A stretch of DNA of 64,000 nt from Octopus sinensis (GCF_006345805.1 NC_043015.1:8246001-8310000); one strand, 5' to 3'; positions 1 to 13,910 are shown, counted from the first letter of the stretch. The notes: generated by a model not told the origin, from the sequence alone. Translations and numbers: made by a program.

Positions 1-955
1 TTTGCCGGATGAGAATTTTGGGGCTCAGTGTGCTTGACACTAATTGATGTGAACTAACATTTGTTAACATCAATATTTGCAAAAATCCTTACATTTTGAA
101 GTTTGTCGGTTTTAATATGTTTAGAATATTTAATTACGCATATAGGTGTAACAAAATAATTGGAGAAAAATTTAACATCCATAAAGAAACACATTATACG
201 TGAGACTAATGTATCTAAGGATGAAAATACTAAAAGTTTTAAAGTTTGTAAGCAAATTGAAATATATTTGAAAAGGTTCATATCAAAGCTAAAGACATTT
301 GAATAATAAATAAATTAGATGACAATGAGAAAAAAGAAACTGAATGATTATAATTAATTGACAGGTGGTTACGTTATGTATCAGTTCGTTTTTTAAATAT
401 TCTAAAACCAAACGGAAGCAACAATTCTAGATGTAAAAAATGGCTGAAAGTATTATATAAGTTGAATGAATTGATGTAGAATACTTTTCCCACCAAATTC
501 TAATCTTGTCTGCTTTTTGAGGATTATAATTATTCTAAATTCTACAACATTTACTACGAATCAATTTAAATTAGCCAGAGAAAAAATTTCTCATTGTCAC
601 CTAAAATTTATCTAAATGTTTGTACAACCTTCATCATAACCCAACTAAATATGTGTACTGCATGCACATACTCTCAAGATGTATAATAATCAATAATAAT
701 ATAATTCCATATGATATTCTAATCTTTTTTTGTTGAGTAGTTTATCAAGTTTTTCCATATTGTGATGAATCGTCACTTAAATGTTAGAAATAGGATTCAA
801 AACCGAGGTTCAATATGGTTGCCTTAATGATGAAATCCTTGCGGCTCATATTAGTAGCAATGGTGGAGAAAACATATGCAGTAGTTGACTATCCCTCTGG
901 CAAATCTCCGATCAAGTATATTGTAGTCATGTTAATCCATTCCGTTTTTTTTTGT

Positions 956-986
<31 letters not shown>

Positions 987-1860
987 TACTCCTGATTTCA
1001 TTAGATAAAAAAAATGAGCTTCATACATTTTTATTTATGTTTTAGTTTAGGAAGACATATGTTTCATAGAAGCAATATCATCGAGTAATCGTAATTATTC
1101 GAACCTGGAAAATTAGTTTCGATAGGCAATGGCACTAAATCTTCTACCACAGCTACCATTGTTTTGGTCATCGACATCTTAACAGAAGATAAAAAGATAT
1201 TGAAAGAATTCGGGAGACACTATAATTGCCTACTGTCAGTTTATTGTACAATTGGATGCAAATAGCAAGTGTTTATTTCAGATTTTTATAAATAGTTTTC
1301 CGGTAAGTGATTAAAATCTGCTGCTACGAAGAATATAAGTAGACTATACTTATATTAGAAGACGATATAAAGTTTTAAATGAACAGAAAGAGAACAAAGC
1401 ACGAAGATCAGATAAAACTTCTACTGATATAATGGAGACCATTCTCAGCAGATGTTACGACTGTGATAAAAGCAGTACAAATATGAATCCATATGATACA
1501 TAACGAATGAAAAATGAATAATAAATGCCATTACCTAAATTTCGTTACTTAATAATTGAATTTATGTTTGTATTAACTAGATGACTATAAAAATTCCTTT
1601 AACAATACGTTAAAAATTCACATATGCGTTCACATCAGCATATTGTCTGTGTGTATAAGCGTGTGTATGTGTATGTGTGTCTGTGTGTCTGTGTGTCTGT
1701 CTGTATGTGTCTGTGTATGAGGGTGCCTTTGCGTTTGTGTGTATAAAGAAGGAGAGAAATGCTTATTTTTATTACATTTATACCAATGTATGTTTACATG
1801 CATACGCATACATAAAAGCATACATACATAGACACATACACATCTAAACGCATACACAAC

Positions 1861-1892
<32 letters not shown>

Positions 1893-1941
1893 AAGATATA
1901 TATATATATATATATAATATATATATATATATATACAATAT

Positions 1942-1989
<48 letters not shown>

Positions 1990-2574
1990 ATATACACATA
2001 TATACAGACACTAACATGGACATAATGATGTGAAATTATAGATACAACCGAAATTTTATTCGAATCTCCAGCCACAATAAAACCGTATACTTCACTCGTA
2101 ACTATTGCAAATAAATGAATTGTACTTAATATGCAAACACAAAGGAAAGCTATTATGGCTGTTGCCACTTCGAAACCACTAAGTTCAAAATGGTTCTATG
2201 AAATTGCCGAAAATTCTAGAGGTTGTTAAGCTCTGATGATTAATTTCTACATAACAACCGTCGCTGTGTGCATATATATTTCATTGGTTGATCTGGTATG
2301 TGTGTTTCCGTCACGGCAATTGTTTTAATGGTTTTTCACTTTTACTCTAATATTACTTCAACCTCTCTTCTTAAGTATTACTATTGTTGTGGCGATTCTT
2401 ACCGACTGAAAGAAGTATCTACTATATCTTCATTGAAGTTTCATTTTGCATTATAATATAGATTATTGGCACTTTAATATACATACACATATATATGTGT
2501 GTGTGTTTGTGTGTGTATGTTTGTATATGCACAGATATATAGGTAGATAGGTGGTTAAATAGAAAGGTAGAAAG

Positions 2575-2611
<37 letters not shown>

Positions 2612-2839
2612 CGTGTGTCTGTGGTGTGTGTATAGACTCACAGATGTGAATGTATAGTTACCATGGAATATCAAATGTCTAGTGAAATCATGGTGTTTAA
2701 ACAGAAAACAAAATGTTCCTCAGAGTTTCACGTCAAGCTTTTTAATATTTTATATCAACTTCATAGCTCTTCTAATAGCCTGTATTGCATTGATCATCTC
2801 TTTATTGTAACCGTTGAATATATATATATATATATATAT

Positions 2840-2889
<50 letters not shown>

Positions 2890-3288
2890 AATTAAAATTA
2901 AAGATAGCAGAGATTTATATGAGCATTCTTATTCTGTAGCTAATCATGTATTTTCATTTCTGTACCTGCATATGTTTCTGCTGCAACACAGTGCACGCTG
3001 CAACTTTGCAATTACAAATGGAGGTACAGAAATGGTAAGTCGTGATTAACTGCAGGATAAAGCTGGATATATAAATCTCTGTTCTCCTTAATTATTAATT
3101 CCTTATTTCTTCTCTACCGACAACATGCAGTTTCTATTGAGACTTATGGATATACCGATGTGAAGATCTCCTCAGGATAGTAAAATAAACTAACTGGTGT
3201 TTTTCTACGCTCACTGAGATTAGCAACGTTATTAACTGGTAAAAGTGAATAAGCTTTTATACCACTGCCAACCAAATGGAATTTTACC

Positions 3289-3333
<45 letters not shown>

Positions 3334-3724
3334 TATATATATATATATTATATATATATAATATATATAAACCATGTGCATAAACACACACGCGTATGTA
3401 TATGTATACGTGTATATATATATATATTATATATATATATATATATATGTATATAGGTATATATGTACGTATGTGTGTTATGTATGTATATATATCCCTT
3501 ATATCTATAGCAGTATATTTTTAAAATATGTCATAGTGCTATTACTTGGAAAAAAGCGAGCAAGAGAAATAATATTCTTAAGATCATAAGTCTGAAAAAA
3601 TGCAGGGCGCGTTTTTATATTTGGAAAAGTTCAGGACAAGTTATTACATCTGGTAAAGTACAGAACAAGAACTATATGATGCATACAATAAAATATATAT
3701 TGGTATATATATATATATAAAACT

Positions 3725-4050
3725 TACTCGGAGAACAGAAAAGAAACGAAACGACGCGAGGGCGCTCAGTCATGCAATAAATTAATAAATAAAATATATG
3801 CATACATACATACATATATGTACGTACCTACATCTACATGTATATATAAATGCATATATAGATATATATATATATACGTGAGTACAGGACACCACAAATA
3901 GACGTAGAACTCAACGAGAAACGGAAACGTAAAAACAAACATGGAAACGGACTTTTTTTAACAACGATAAAACAGAGTACAAGACAAACAATACAACGGA
4001 AATTCCCCTTCATCAGCTGTCCCTAGTTCGACTCCATGCGTATATAATGA
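3725..4050 (-). repeat. Possible terminal (pLTR-like) fragments of a Penelope-like element, abutting (TA)n
   Basis: 3745-3765 (aacgacgcgagggcg) resembles the reverse complement of the PLE terminus at ~8015-8030. 3880-4050 has an internal direct repeat (gagtacaggac / gagtacaagac) and a minus-strand CTGATGA box at ~4010-4016. No coding remnant confirmed. Confidence 0.3.
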
Positions 4051-5131
4051 AATACGTCACATGCACACTAGATGCAATCTTTCCACCCGGAATCGCAACA
4101 AAGTACACGTGAAAACTTTTGTACAAGCCTCAAGTAACTTTAAGGAGTTATACAACAAAAATATATATACAATAGGAAACACACACATCTATACTTTAAA
4201 GCATTGATTGGATCTATTCCAGTACTATTAACAATGTAAGCACCAAGTTTTATTCCAGGTTGTATTTACCTACTTATTTTATGCAAGTTTCAAGCATTTG
4301 ACAGTGGATACATTCCTAACTCATTAGAATTGTGACTCTAATGTTGCTTTCCTCATTTTACGTATGAATAATATCACTTCTAACAAGGTCAGAAAGGCTT
4401 GCAATGAAATGACCCCAAGCATTTTCTCGTCTACATCCACATTTAGAATCATATAATGCAATATTTCTCTCATTTCAAACATTCAAAGTACAGTTATTAA
4501 ACAAAAAAATTACTGATCTTTTCTTATACATTTTTCTCTTAACAGTCGGACGGTTTCCTAGGTATTCACTCTCCTGCTAGTTCGATAGCTAAAGAAATTA
4601 GTGTTACTTCAAATTGGTTTTCGTTTGGCAAGCGTTCAGAAATGTTGCTATTTTTATATTATTGTAATTTGTATTATTGGTGTTAATGATATAATAGACT
4701 ATAACGCCATTAAATTAATTTCTAACGATTAATTCACCAAACAGAACATATATCTACACTTCACACGAAAGCATAATATTTTTGAACCTTTATTAAGGCA
4801 ATAAGACAGACACGATCAGTAAGACTTCTATCGAATTTTATGCATTACATTTCTTAACAAAACGATAACTCTTTTCATATATGTCATACCGTAACAGATG
4901 AACTCTAGTTTAGTAAGTCACACCTTTTCTTAGCAGCAATCAATAGTTCACGATTTCCGTTAACAAGTTTGACAGGGAGCAATGTTTTACTTGAATTATG
5001 ATACATACTGTAGGGGGGGGGGGATTCTAGAAGAAACAAAGGTGTCCTTATTTCTTTCTTGTTCAAAGTGTTATTGCCATTTTACAACGCACATCTGTCT
5101 AAATGCACATATATGTATGTGTACACATACG

Positions 5132-5175
<44 letters not shown>

Positions 5176-5222
5176 TATGTAAATATTTATAATATTTATA
5201 ATACATACACATATATATATAC

Positions 5223-5275
<53 letters not shown>

Positions 5276-5431
5276 GTTATATATATATATATATATATAT
5301 ATACTATATATATATATAAATAGATATTATATATATAAGAACGATATATAGATAGATAATATATATATAGATATATATATAAGATATACTATATATATCT
5401 ATAATATAATATATATATATATATATATCTA

Positions 5432-5812
5432 TATTGCTAAAAGCCGGCCGGTTTATGAGCGAGACGCCTAAGTTACATCGAGATGCGCAGCGCGTTAGAC
5501 CATGGGTGATCTAAACAACTTGCAGATCTTAACTTTCAAATCTGTGCGCAGACGTAAAATCTACCCGGCGATATAGGGCATGCCGGCAAAAAATTTTACG
5601 AATAAATCTATCAAGTAATATGTGAATATAATCAAAAGGGTAATAATATAGATTATTACCGGTGGCCCAGCACAAAGGACGAATTAGTCATTAGACAAAA
5701 TATTATTCATGTAGAAATATAATTAAGGGCTCCTAAATAAGGATGCCAAGTCCTAGGGACACAAAAATGGGACAAATTTATCGAGAGTGAAAGTCAAAAA
5801 CATTTACCAATA
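5432..5812. repeat. Unclassified ~380-bp CpG-richer element embedded between two (TA)n tracts
   Basis: Sharp transition from (TA)n to mixed sequence and back. Weak 12-bp inverted termini tattgctaaaag / catttaccaata (10/12). Confidence 0.4.
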
Positions 5813-5813
5813 A

Positions 5814-5853
<40 letters not shown>

Positions 5854-5914
5854 GAGGGGTAGCTGGAAAGTTCCTGCATATAAGGCCATCATCTGATATG
5901 TCTTGTTTTCTTAT

Positions 5915-6340
5915 TTATTTCCTTGTTTCAGTCATATGACTGGGGCCGTGCTGGAGCATCGCCTTGAAGTGATTTTAGTCGAGCAACTCGATCCAAGAAG
6001 TTCGTAAGCCTTATAATTATTCTATCGTTTTCTATTGCCGAACTGCTAAGTTACGGGGGACATAAATACACCAACGCCGGTTGTCAAATGGGGATGAGGG
6101 GAACGAAGACAGACACAAAGATGCAGGAACACACGCACACACACACAGGTACACACACACGCACACGTACACACACATATACGAACGGTTCCTTTCAGTT
6201 TCTGTTTACCAAATCGATTCATAAAGATTTGGTCGACTGCGGCAATAGTAGAATGCACTCGTCGAAGGTGCCACGCAGTGGGATTGAAGCCAGGACCATG
6301 AGCTCGGAAGCAAGCTTCTTAAAACACAGCATCGCCTGCT
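5915..6340 (-). mobile_element. tRNA-derived SINE, family A (degenerate copy)
   Basis: Aligns by eye with the other family A copies (gtttcagtca...gctggagca.cgcc...ttagtcgagcaa; internal CA microsatellite; tRNA-like head at right end). Confidence 0.85.
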
Positions 6341-6489
6341 AAAAGCCTGATTGGACGCCTAACGTTCCCAGTTCTTTTACAGGGCTTAGGAAAACTAAAG
6401 GAATGCTGCAGCACACCCTCAGTCCTAAAATATATTATGGAAAGTTTCTTCTACCGGTTCTCTTCACTACCTGCTAATACATATTTATT

Positions 6490-8070
6490 TAATCAATATG
6501 TTGAATAATACAATTGTACCCTACAACGTGCCGCATACAAAAAGTCAATCGAATACATCCCCATGTGGGATATTCTTCGATCCACTAAACCCGGAAATAA
6601 AATCAGTTCCGCACCCTCAGATAGTGAATGTAAAATCCTCCTATCCCACCCCTTCCAAATACCTGTCCAAATTTCAGTGTAACAGACAACCTAACAAACA
6701 GCAATCCTACTAGATGGTCCCAAATTCTATATACATGATAACTCACCGAGCAGGAACAGCGTGTTTGTTTCGGTAAATTAACTCAACATAATCCCAGCTT
6801 TATATATATAAACCGAAAAGACCAATCGTCCCCCTTAATAACACTAACCCTCATAACTCCAACTGTAATTCCCCTACTAACACCCGATCATTAAATTTAC
6901 CACGGCACCCAAATATACCTCTCGCAAAAATAGAGATCAACATAGAAGATACCACCGACTACAATAAGTATCTTATTGTACAACCCCACAACACCATTCC
7001 CAACTCCTTAACAAATATTAATCTTAAGGCCAGCAGTAATAACGAACCTCACACCAGTTCTTCACTAAATAATAATCTCCTCATAAATTCACCTGGAACG
7101 CATCCTACAAACTAATGCAGCTGTAGATGACCTGTCTCCTGTCCTTTACATAACTGCTGCTTCACAAAAATGCATCGTTTATTAGTGTATAGTATCAACC
7201 GCCAAATTTAAGTACATTTATATCGGCCTATGAAGCACCACCTTGAAAGCTAAAATAGGCAACGACTACTTTAGTTTTAAGTCCTAAACAAAATCCAGCA
7301 GTACATCATTATCTCAGCTGATTAATAAACTAAAGATTGCGCTCTCAAGTGGTCCATAATCACCCACGCCAAGCCATACATCAGCTATAAGAGTGATCTC
7401 TACATAGCCGAGGTGTTAGCTATTTTTCAGTCCACAGATTATCTTAATGAAAGCAGCATTATAATGTTTACCTACAAACATCGATCAACAACATCCCTAC
7501 CTCGATCTTCCCCTAACCTACATCAAATTTTCCCTGTTATCTACCCACAGGACCACAATATACTAAAGCAAAAATATAAGTTCCCTTTGATATCCTATAG
7601 TAATTTACATACTTCTCTGTATTTCTCCTTACCATTTAATATTTTTTCTCTTATTTCACCTGCCTCCTTTTCTTAACGCCTTCGTAAACGTACAAGTACA
7701 TACGTCGACATGCACCTCTACTACTTCATACTGTAAACACGCTCACCGGGAACATTATACATTATTCAATTGCAAACCAGTAGTAGCCGCCACATTTCTG
7801 CCCCATTCTCTCTTGCTTTCTTCTTGCATGCATAAATAGATAAATAAATAAATAAATAAATATACCGCGTGTGTTACCGTTGGCGATTTTTTCCTCCGTC
7901 TTCCCTTCTTTGGATCTTTCCTTTTCCGATGTTTCTGAAGAAGAGCCCCGCTCGAAACGTTAAACCCTCCTTCTTCCCTTCTTTCCTGAGCGTCCAATAA
8001 CACTATACTTGTTCCACGTCCTCGCGTTGTTGTGTCTTCTCTTTGTGTGTTTTCATGCTTGGATTAACTA
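6490..8070 (+). mobile_element. 5'-truncated, degenerate Penelope-like element (post-RT linker, GIY-YIG endonuclease, 3' terminus with hammerhead motif)
   Basis: The frame from 7141 reads CIVY*CIVSTAKFKYIYIGL*STTLKAKIGNDYFSFKS and, after a frameshift, LKWSIITHAKPY...LYIAEVLAIF, matching the PLE GIY-YIG layout. 6500-6710 (PYNVPHTKS...NVKSSYPT) resembles the PLE linker. Ends at (TA)n ~8070. Confidence 0.8.
7931..7965 (+). ncRNA. Minimal type I hammerhead ribozyme motif
   Basis: GTTT-CTGAAGA-A-GAGC-CCC-GCTC-GAAAC-GTT-AAAC: stem I GUUU/AAAC, core CUGANGA, stem II GAGC/GCUC, GAAA, loopless palindromic ACGU stem III, GUU cleavage triplet. Confidence 0.75.
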
Positions 8071-8832
8071 TATAATATATTATATAGATTATATATATAT
8101 ATATATATATAATATATATATATATTTCCCCCTTGTTGACCAAACACATTTCCCTACCCCCGCTTCCCACCACATTATCTATTTCTTTAAACCACTCCGC
8201 TTGATAATTTCTGTGTGATTCAACCAATCAACCCCATCGAAAACTACCAATCAAATGACCTTCCTGAAATGGCTCGTTCCTCTTATTCTTCTAGATTTTT
8301 TCTTCTTCCCTCCTTTCATCCTTATTACTTTCAACATTTATATTGCCTTCTCCTAATATGCTCTCTACATACATATTCTGATTGAATTTTCCATGTGTTC
8401 TACATGTTTCCTCTTTGCGCCAATGTAAATTTTCATTTAATCAAGATATCCTTGATCTCAAGAGTAGCGTGTATATTTACCCCTTCTGTGGTTCTGCTCG
8501 CTATGAAGCATATGTAGCCCGGATCTCATCTACTCCATTCCTTAACTCTTCTATTCTTTTTCTCAAATCCGGCTACCTTGGTCGCCGTGAAATAGAAGTA
8601 GAATTTTTTTTCAGCTGATTGCATTTCCATGCGAAAAATCTCCACAAACTTCCGCCTCAATAAACCACTAAAGTCTCTGGGAGTTGTGTCTTTTTGCATT
8701 TACTACGGATAGCTTGAAGCTAACTTTCTTTCTCTACACCTCGATCCTTGGATCATACACACACACACACACACATTTATACACACATACACACTAACAC
8801 ATATATGTATATATATATATATATATATATAG

Positions 8833-8864
<32 letters not shown>

Positions 8865-9399
8865 TATATATAACATTGTTTGTCTAAATACGTATATATG
8901 GTTGTTGTGCATGCATGTTCGTGTATACAAAATTCTGCGTAATGTTGCATGGACTTTATATACATTACGCATATTACAATCCAGAAGTTATATAAAAGAC
9001 ATTCCCACATGTAGCACTCTCTCATCCCTCTCTCTTATATCACCTTCTGTATGAGTGTCTTGGTGAGCGTGCATGTATCAGACTTTATGCAATTTAACAT
9101 GTATTCATGTTTAAATATCTATTACATATTTGTATAAATATTGCACATTCACAGAGAAAAAACAAACACCCACAAGCAGGACGCATATTTTGACGTGTTG
9201 ATGTACATGAACGCGCTCATAATCGCACATGTATACATAAGATTGTGTGATTATTTATTACTGAAAATATATATTAGTGTTCATATCACCATAAACAGCT
9301 CTAGGCATGTCATTTAGCTAGGTATAAATATATCGCACAGAAAAATAATTTCGTGAATTCACACGTTATACTAGGGAAGACTATTGAAATGGCAGCATT

Positions 9400-9421
9400 A
9401 TCTATCTATCTTTCTACCTAT

Positions 9422-9472
<51 letters not shown>

Positions 9473-9475
9473 CTC

Positions 9476-9528
<53 letters not shown>

Positions 9529-9531
9529 TTA

Positions 9532-9594
<63 letters not shown>

Positions 9595-9660
9595 TATTAT
9601 AATGTGTCTATCTATCTATCTATCTACTATCTATCTATCTATCTACATGTTTGTCTGGCT
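9400..9660. repeat. Compound (ATCT)n/(CT)n/(TA)n microsatellite
   Basis: Directly visible. Confidence 0.97.
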
Positions 9661-10300
9661 ATCAGTCTGACCGTCCATCTATTTCTATCTATATCTGTAT
9701 AATAAACATATACATAAATATATACATATATATGTAGATATATGTATATCAATACACACACACAAATATATATATATGCATATATATAAAGATGTATATA
9801 TGTATATATATATATATATTAGTGTTCATATCTCTATTTATATATATATATGAATATACATATCGTTGCAATTATGCAAAAGTGTTGTAAGTCCAAAACA
9901 GAAAGCGAAAAAATAACAAAAAATTTGACACAAAAACCACCGTTCCATCGCAAAAGTATTGTACTTACACTTTGATAATATTTGATATCTTGGCATCCGA
10001 AGCAGCTGGAGTTACAGTAGTTTCTCCAAAAGATCCGGCTATTGTAAGCAAAAATAAATGTTTAGCCAAAACGCATTCGGCTAAATTCGGACAAACGACA
10101 CTTTAGCTTAATGACAACGATATATATATACGTATATACAAATATACGGGCTTTACTCTTTATACACTATATATATATACTTATGCTTATATTACATTTA
10201 TTATTCTTTTTATACTTTTTTGGCAAAAAAAAAAAATTATATATATATGATTTTGATTTTTCCAGTTTCAGCTAATGAGCTGTGGCCATGCTGGGGCACA

Positions 10301-10341
<41 letters not shown>

Positions 10342-10514
10342 TATATTAATTATATTTTTATTATTTTTTTCATTTATGTATTGGTTTATGTCTATCACTG
10401 TTTGAGTAGCCTAATAGTGGTTTTATCTCTAATTCATATTTTATATTTTTATATTGTGAAATTTGATTTAATACTAAATTTAATTTTTCCCTGTAAGTTT
10501 GGAGCCATACCCCC

Positions 10515-10569
<55 letters not shown>

Positions 10570-10660
10570 GTTGTTGTTGTTATTGTTGTTGTTTTTGTTG
10601 TTGTTGTTGTTGTTATTATTGTTATTATTATTATTATTATTACTAATATAATTATTATTA
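10515..10660. repeat. Compound (ATT)n/(GTT)n trinucleotide microsatellite
   Basis: Directly visible; source of the poly-I/V run in ORF 10282-10677. Confidence 0.97.
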
Positions 10661-10904
10661 ACGATCTCTTGCTTTAGACTAGTGTGAGCATGGCGTGTCT
10701 ATAGCATGTACGAAATGCTGGTATTCCACGCTTTTCTGGTACAATGGGTTAAACATAGTCATATGAAGGGAATTGTGTATGGGACAGAATAAGTGTAACA
10801 GGATATGGAGAACAAGAAACACATTAAATATATTTGATTTGTAATTTTTATACTAATGCAAAATTTTATTCTGAAACTAGCACTCAAATATCCTGCATTT
10901 AGTG

Positions 10905-11246
10905 AGTGAGACCCCCTTCGGTCAGACACTGACCATGGGTTTTGCACCTAGAGAGTTACCCTCTGAGGCACAAGTCTGGGCAAGGTTGTTTTATGGAAGA
11001 CCAGCAGTCGCCCATGCATACCGGCCTCCCCTCTCCACGTTACCGATGTTGTCCAAGGGAAAGGCAAGGGCCGATACAGCTTGGCATCTATGACGTCGCA
11101 ACTCATTTCTACAGCTGAGTGAACAGGAGCAACGTGAAATAAAGTGTCTTGCTCAAGAACACAACATGCAGCCCGGTCCGGGATTCGAGCTCACAACCTC
11201 ACGATCGTAAGCTCGACGCTCTAACCACTGAGCCACGCGACTTCAC
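10905..11246 (-). mobile_element. tRNA-derived SINE, family B
   Basis: Minus strand shows a head with A box TGGCTCAGTGG and a B-box-like GAGCTCGAATCC, then a central gtgttcttgagcaagacactttatttcacgttgctcc domain. Homologous to the copies at 42673 and 49950. Confidence 0.88.
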
Positions 11247-11525
11247 CCTGCATTACACATATACATATATGCATATATACATGCACGCACACATACATAC
11301 ATCCTCCATCCGTCCATACATACTTACATACATACATACATACATACATATATCAGTCCCGATGAGCTTCGATTTTCAGAAAGATAAATCAGCCGTTGCA
11401 TACATTGTAAATACAAGGTATAAGCAGAACAAGAAAATCTTTCCAAAGGCTTTTCCCAGTTTTAAAATATGACATTGTTTTCGTTATCTACATCACAAAG
11501 ATGTAGCTTTGTATCTTTGTTTGTG

Positions 11526-11771
11526 TTGTGTCGACGCCCCCATACGATGAAGCAGGCTAGCCCAACACGTAGATATAGAGGGAGAAGTCTAGACATCGTG
11601 GAGTTGAGGAGAAGTCATCCGAACTTGCGATATTACAGTAAATTTTATCCTCGTCACCACTGTTTATCGCACATTCGGATGACATCTACTCAACTTCTCG
11701 GCGTCTAGACTTCTCCCTATATATCTACGTATTGTGCTAGCCTACTTCATCGTCTGGGGGCGTAGACACAA
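11526..11771. mobile_element. Hairpin MITE-like element
   Basis: Ungapped inverted arms 11527-11632 and 11665-11770, about 92/106 matches by hand count, 32-bp spacer, no ORF. TSD not recognised. Confidence 0.7.
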
Positions 11772-12008
11772 TAGTTTGAAACCTGCACATTCTTGAGTGG
11801 AAGAATTTAAAGGATTAAATAGAGAAGAGACATACATGTATGAATGCATGCATACATACATGCACTCGCTTTAATGTGTGTATAGGGAGTTCAGCCGCCA
11901 CACCAAATCAATCACATATTTATAAACGCCGGGAACTCTCTTAACTCAAAATATATTGTCGCTTTCTCAGTGGCCGGTTGGACATTCTCAAGAACTTAAT
12001 GTATATAC

Positions 12009-12082
<74 letters not shown>

Positions 12083-12148
12083 ATATATATATATATAACA
12101 TATATATATATATACATATATATGTATACATACATATATGCATATATA

Positions 12149-12191
<43 letters not shown>

Positions 12192-12299
12192 ATATAATAT
12201 GATATAATATAATATTATATATATATTAATATATATATATAATAATATATATATATATCTTATATATATATCTTGAAGTATATTGCCGCATAACTGTGG

Positions 12300-12870
12300 C
12301 TAACCCTTAAGGGTTGATGCTGCTTAGCTTGTAGCCCCCAAAGACATCTCTTCCAGCTGGTTACTGACGCCCTTTCTGTGCCCTATCAGTATTTTCAAAA
12401 GGAAGGCATCCTTCCAATCTCCAGCCTGACGTGATACCCACGGACCCGGGTTTCTGACTATTGACCCGTCATCAGCGTGTGACAACCACCGGCTAGTGAT
12501 GTGAAGTGGTTCCCAATGCAAATATATATAATTTTTCTAGTGACGAAAAGGTACTAATCTCGAAAACGTGGTAACACGCAATAATAAATCTCTGAGCGAG
12601 GTATAAACAGTAGCTGCACGACATCGTGAAGAATATTTGCCACTTACATGTTGTTAAGCCTCAAAGGTTGATGCTACTATAGCTTGTAACTCCAGCAAGA
12701 CATCTCTCCAAGTATATATATATATATATATATATATAATAAAATATATAACTCGAAATCAAAAATGTGTTTGCGTGTGATTTGAAGGTTTTACCAGTTA
12801 AGGCATCACCTGATTGCAGTCCCATGGTGTCACAATTTCCCGTGGCTTTCAAGGCACTGACTACAGCATT
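12300..12870. repeat. Fragments of an unclassified interspersed repeat with a duplicated ~55-bp end
   Basis: 12301-12356 and 12654-12710 are diverged direct repeats (aaggttgatgct...agcttgta...aagacatctc). GC content is higher than in the flanks. Confidence 0.4.
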
Positions 12871-12971
12871 CTTGTATATGAATAATAAATTTGTACTTTA
12901 CAAATGTAGTGAATAACCCATCAGATTAATATGAAATGTTTCATTATAACTAAGCATAAAAGAAGTATTAA

Positions 12972-13010
<39 letters not shown>

Positions 13011-13071
13011 TATATATATATATACTTATACACTCACACGGACACATTCATACATATGCACACCACACACA

Positions 13072-13107
<36 letters not shown>

Positions 13108-13910
13108 TAATTTTTTATGTGTGCGTGTGTAAGAGAGTGTGAATGTACTTACCTTTTTACTTAGTCAGCTGAATATATAAAATATCTATTAATATCGCGT
13201 GTATACATACGTGTTCGTGCATTTATATCCTTCGTCAATCTTGTTCCACGTACGAAAGTACAAAGGAATCTATTTCTTCTCTTCTTTCTTGCACCTACTT
13301 AATCTGTTTCATGGATTGCTAAATCATGCACTTCCGAGCTATACATAAGCTTTTAGGAAGAATAGATGACAGGTCATCATTTCAATTCCATGACTTTTAC
13401 AGCTTATAAATGCATGCGTTTTGATAACGATAAGATTACATCTGATTGTGTCAGCCATACGCTCAGTATATTTAATCTCGAATGCATGCATGCCGTTAGA
13501 CACTATATTATATTTCATACTTGTTTAGTGGTTAGAAATCATATTCACACAATAGGAAAAAATGAATAAATGAAATAATATATTGAATTCTAAATAAATA
13601 CTGTGTGGAATAATCCTCGTCTCATTAATAGGCTTGGAACGTATGTGATATGTTCGGTACTTATCTTAGAATGACTTATGAAAATTCGCGATCCTATTTT
13701 GCAATAATACATTTGTAGGAAAATAATTACATACGTATGGCGAATTCTTCTTCTTTAAAGTAGACTGTATGCTTCATATGTAGCACGTCGTTGAGAATGA
13801 TGCTCACATATGTTTTCTTTTATGTAGACCCGATCCATTGGTAGTATTTAAGTAAATAATGATCTCTATAACAACAGCAATATGTACATCATCTCCATCC
13901 ATCTCTCTCT

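Noticed and set aside
4005-4025. Minus-strand CTGATGA box
   Set aside because: No GAAA or stem III partner is present in this copy, so no ribozyme can be called.
5851-5880. cacgaggggtagctggaaagttcc resembling a mariner TIR
   Set aside because: Isolated ~25 bp with no partner TIR or transposase.
8220-8700. Purine-rich minus-strand frames (GFEKRIEELRNGVDEIRATY...) possibly from a retroelement ORF
   Set aside because: No diagnostic motif recognised, so I cannot assign a family.
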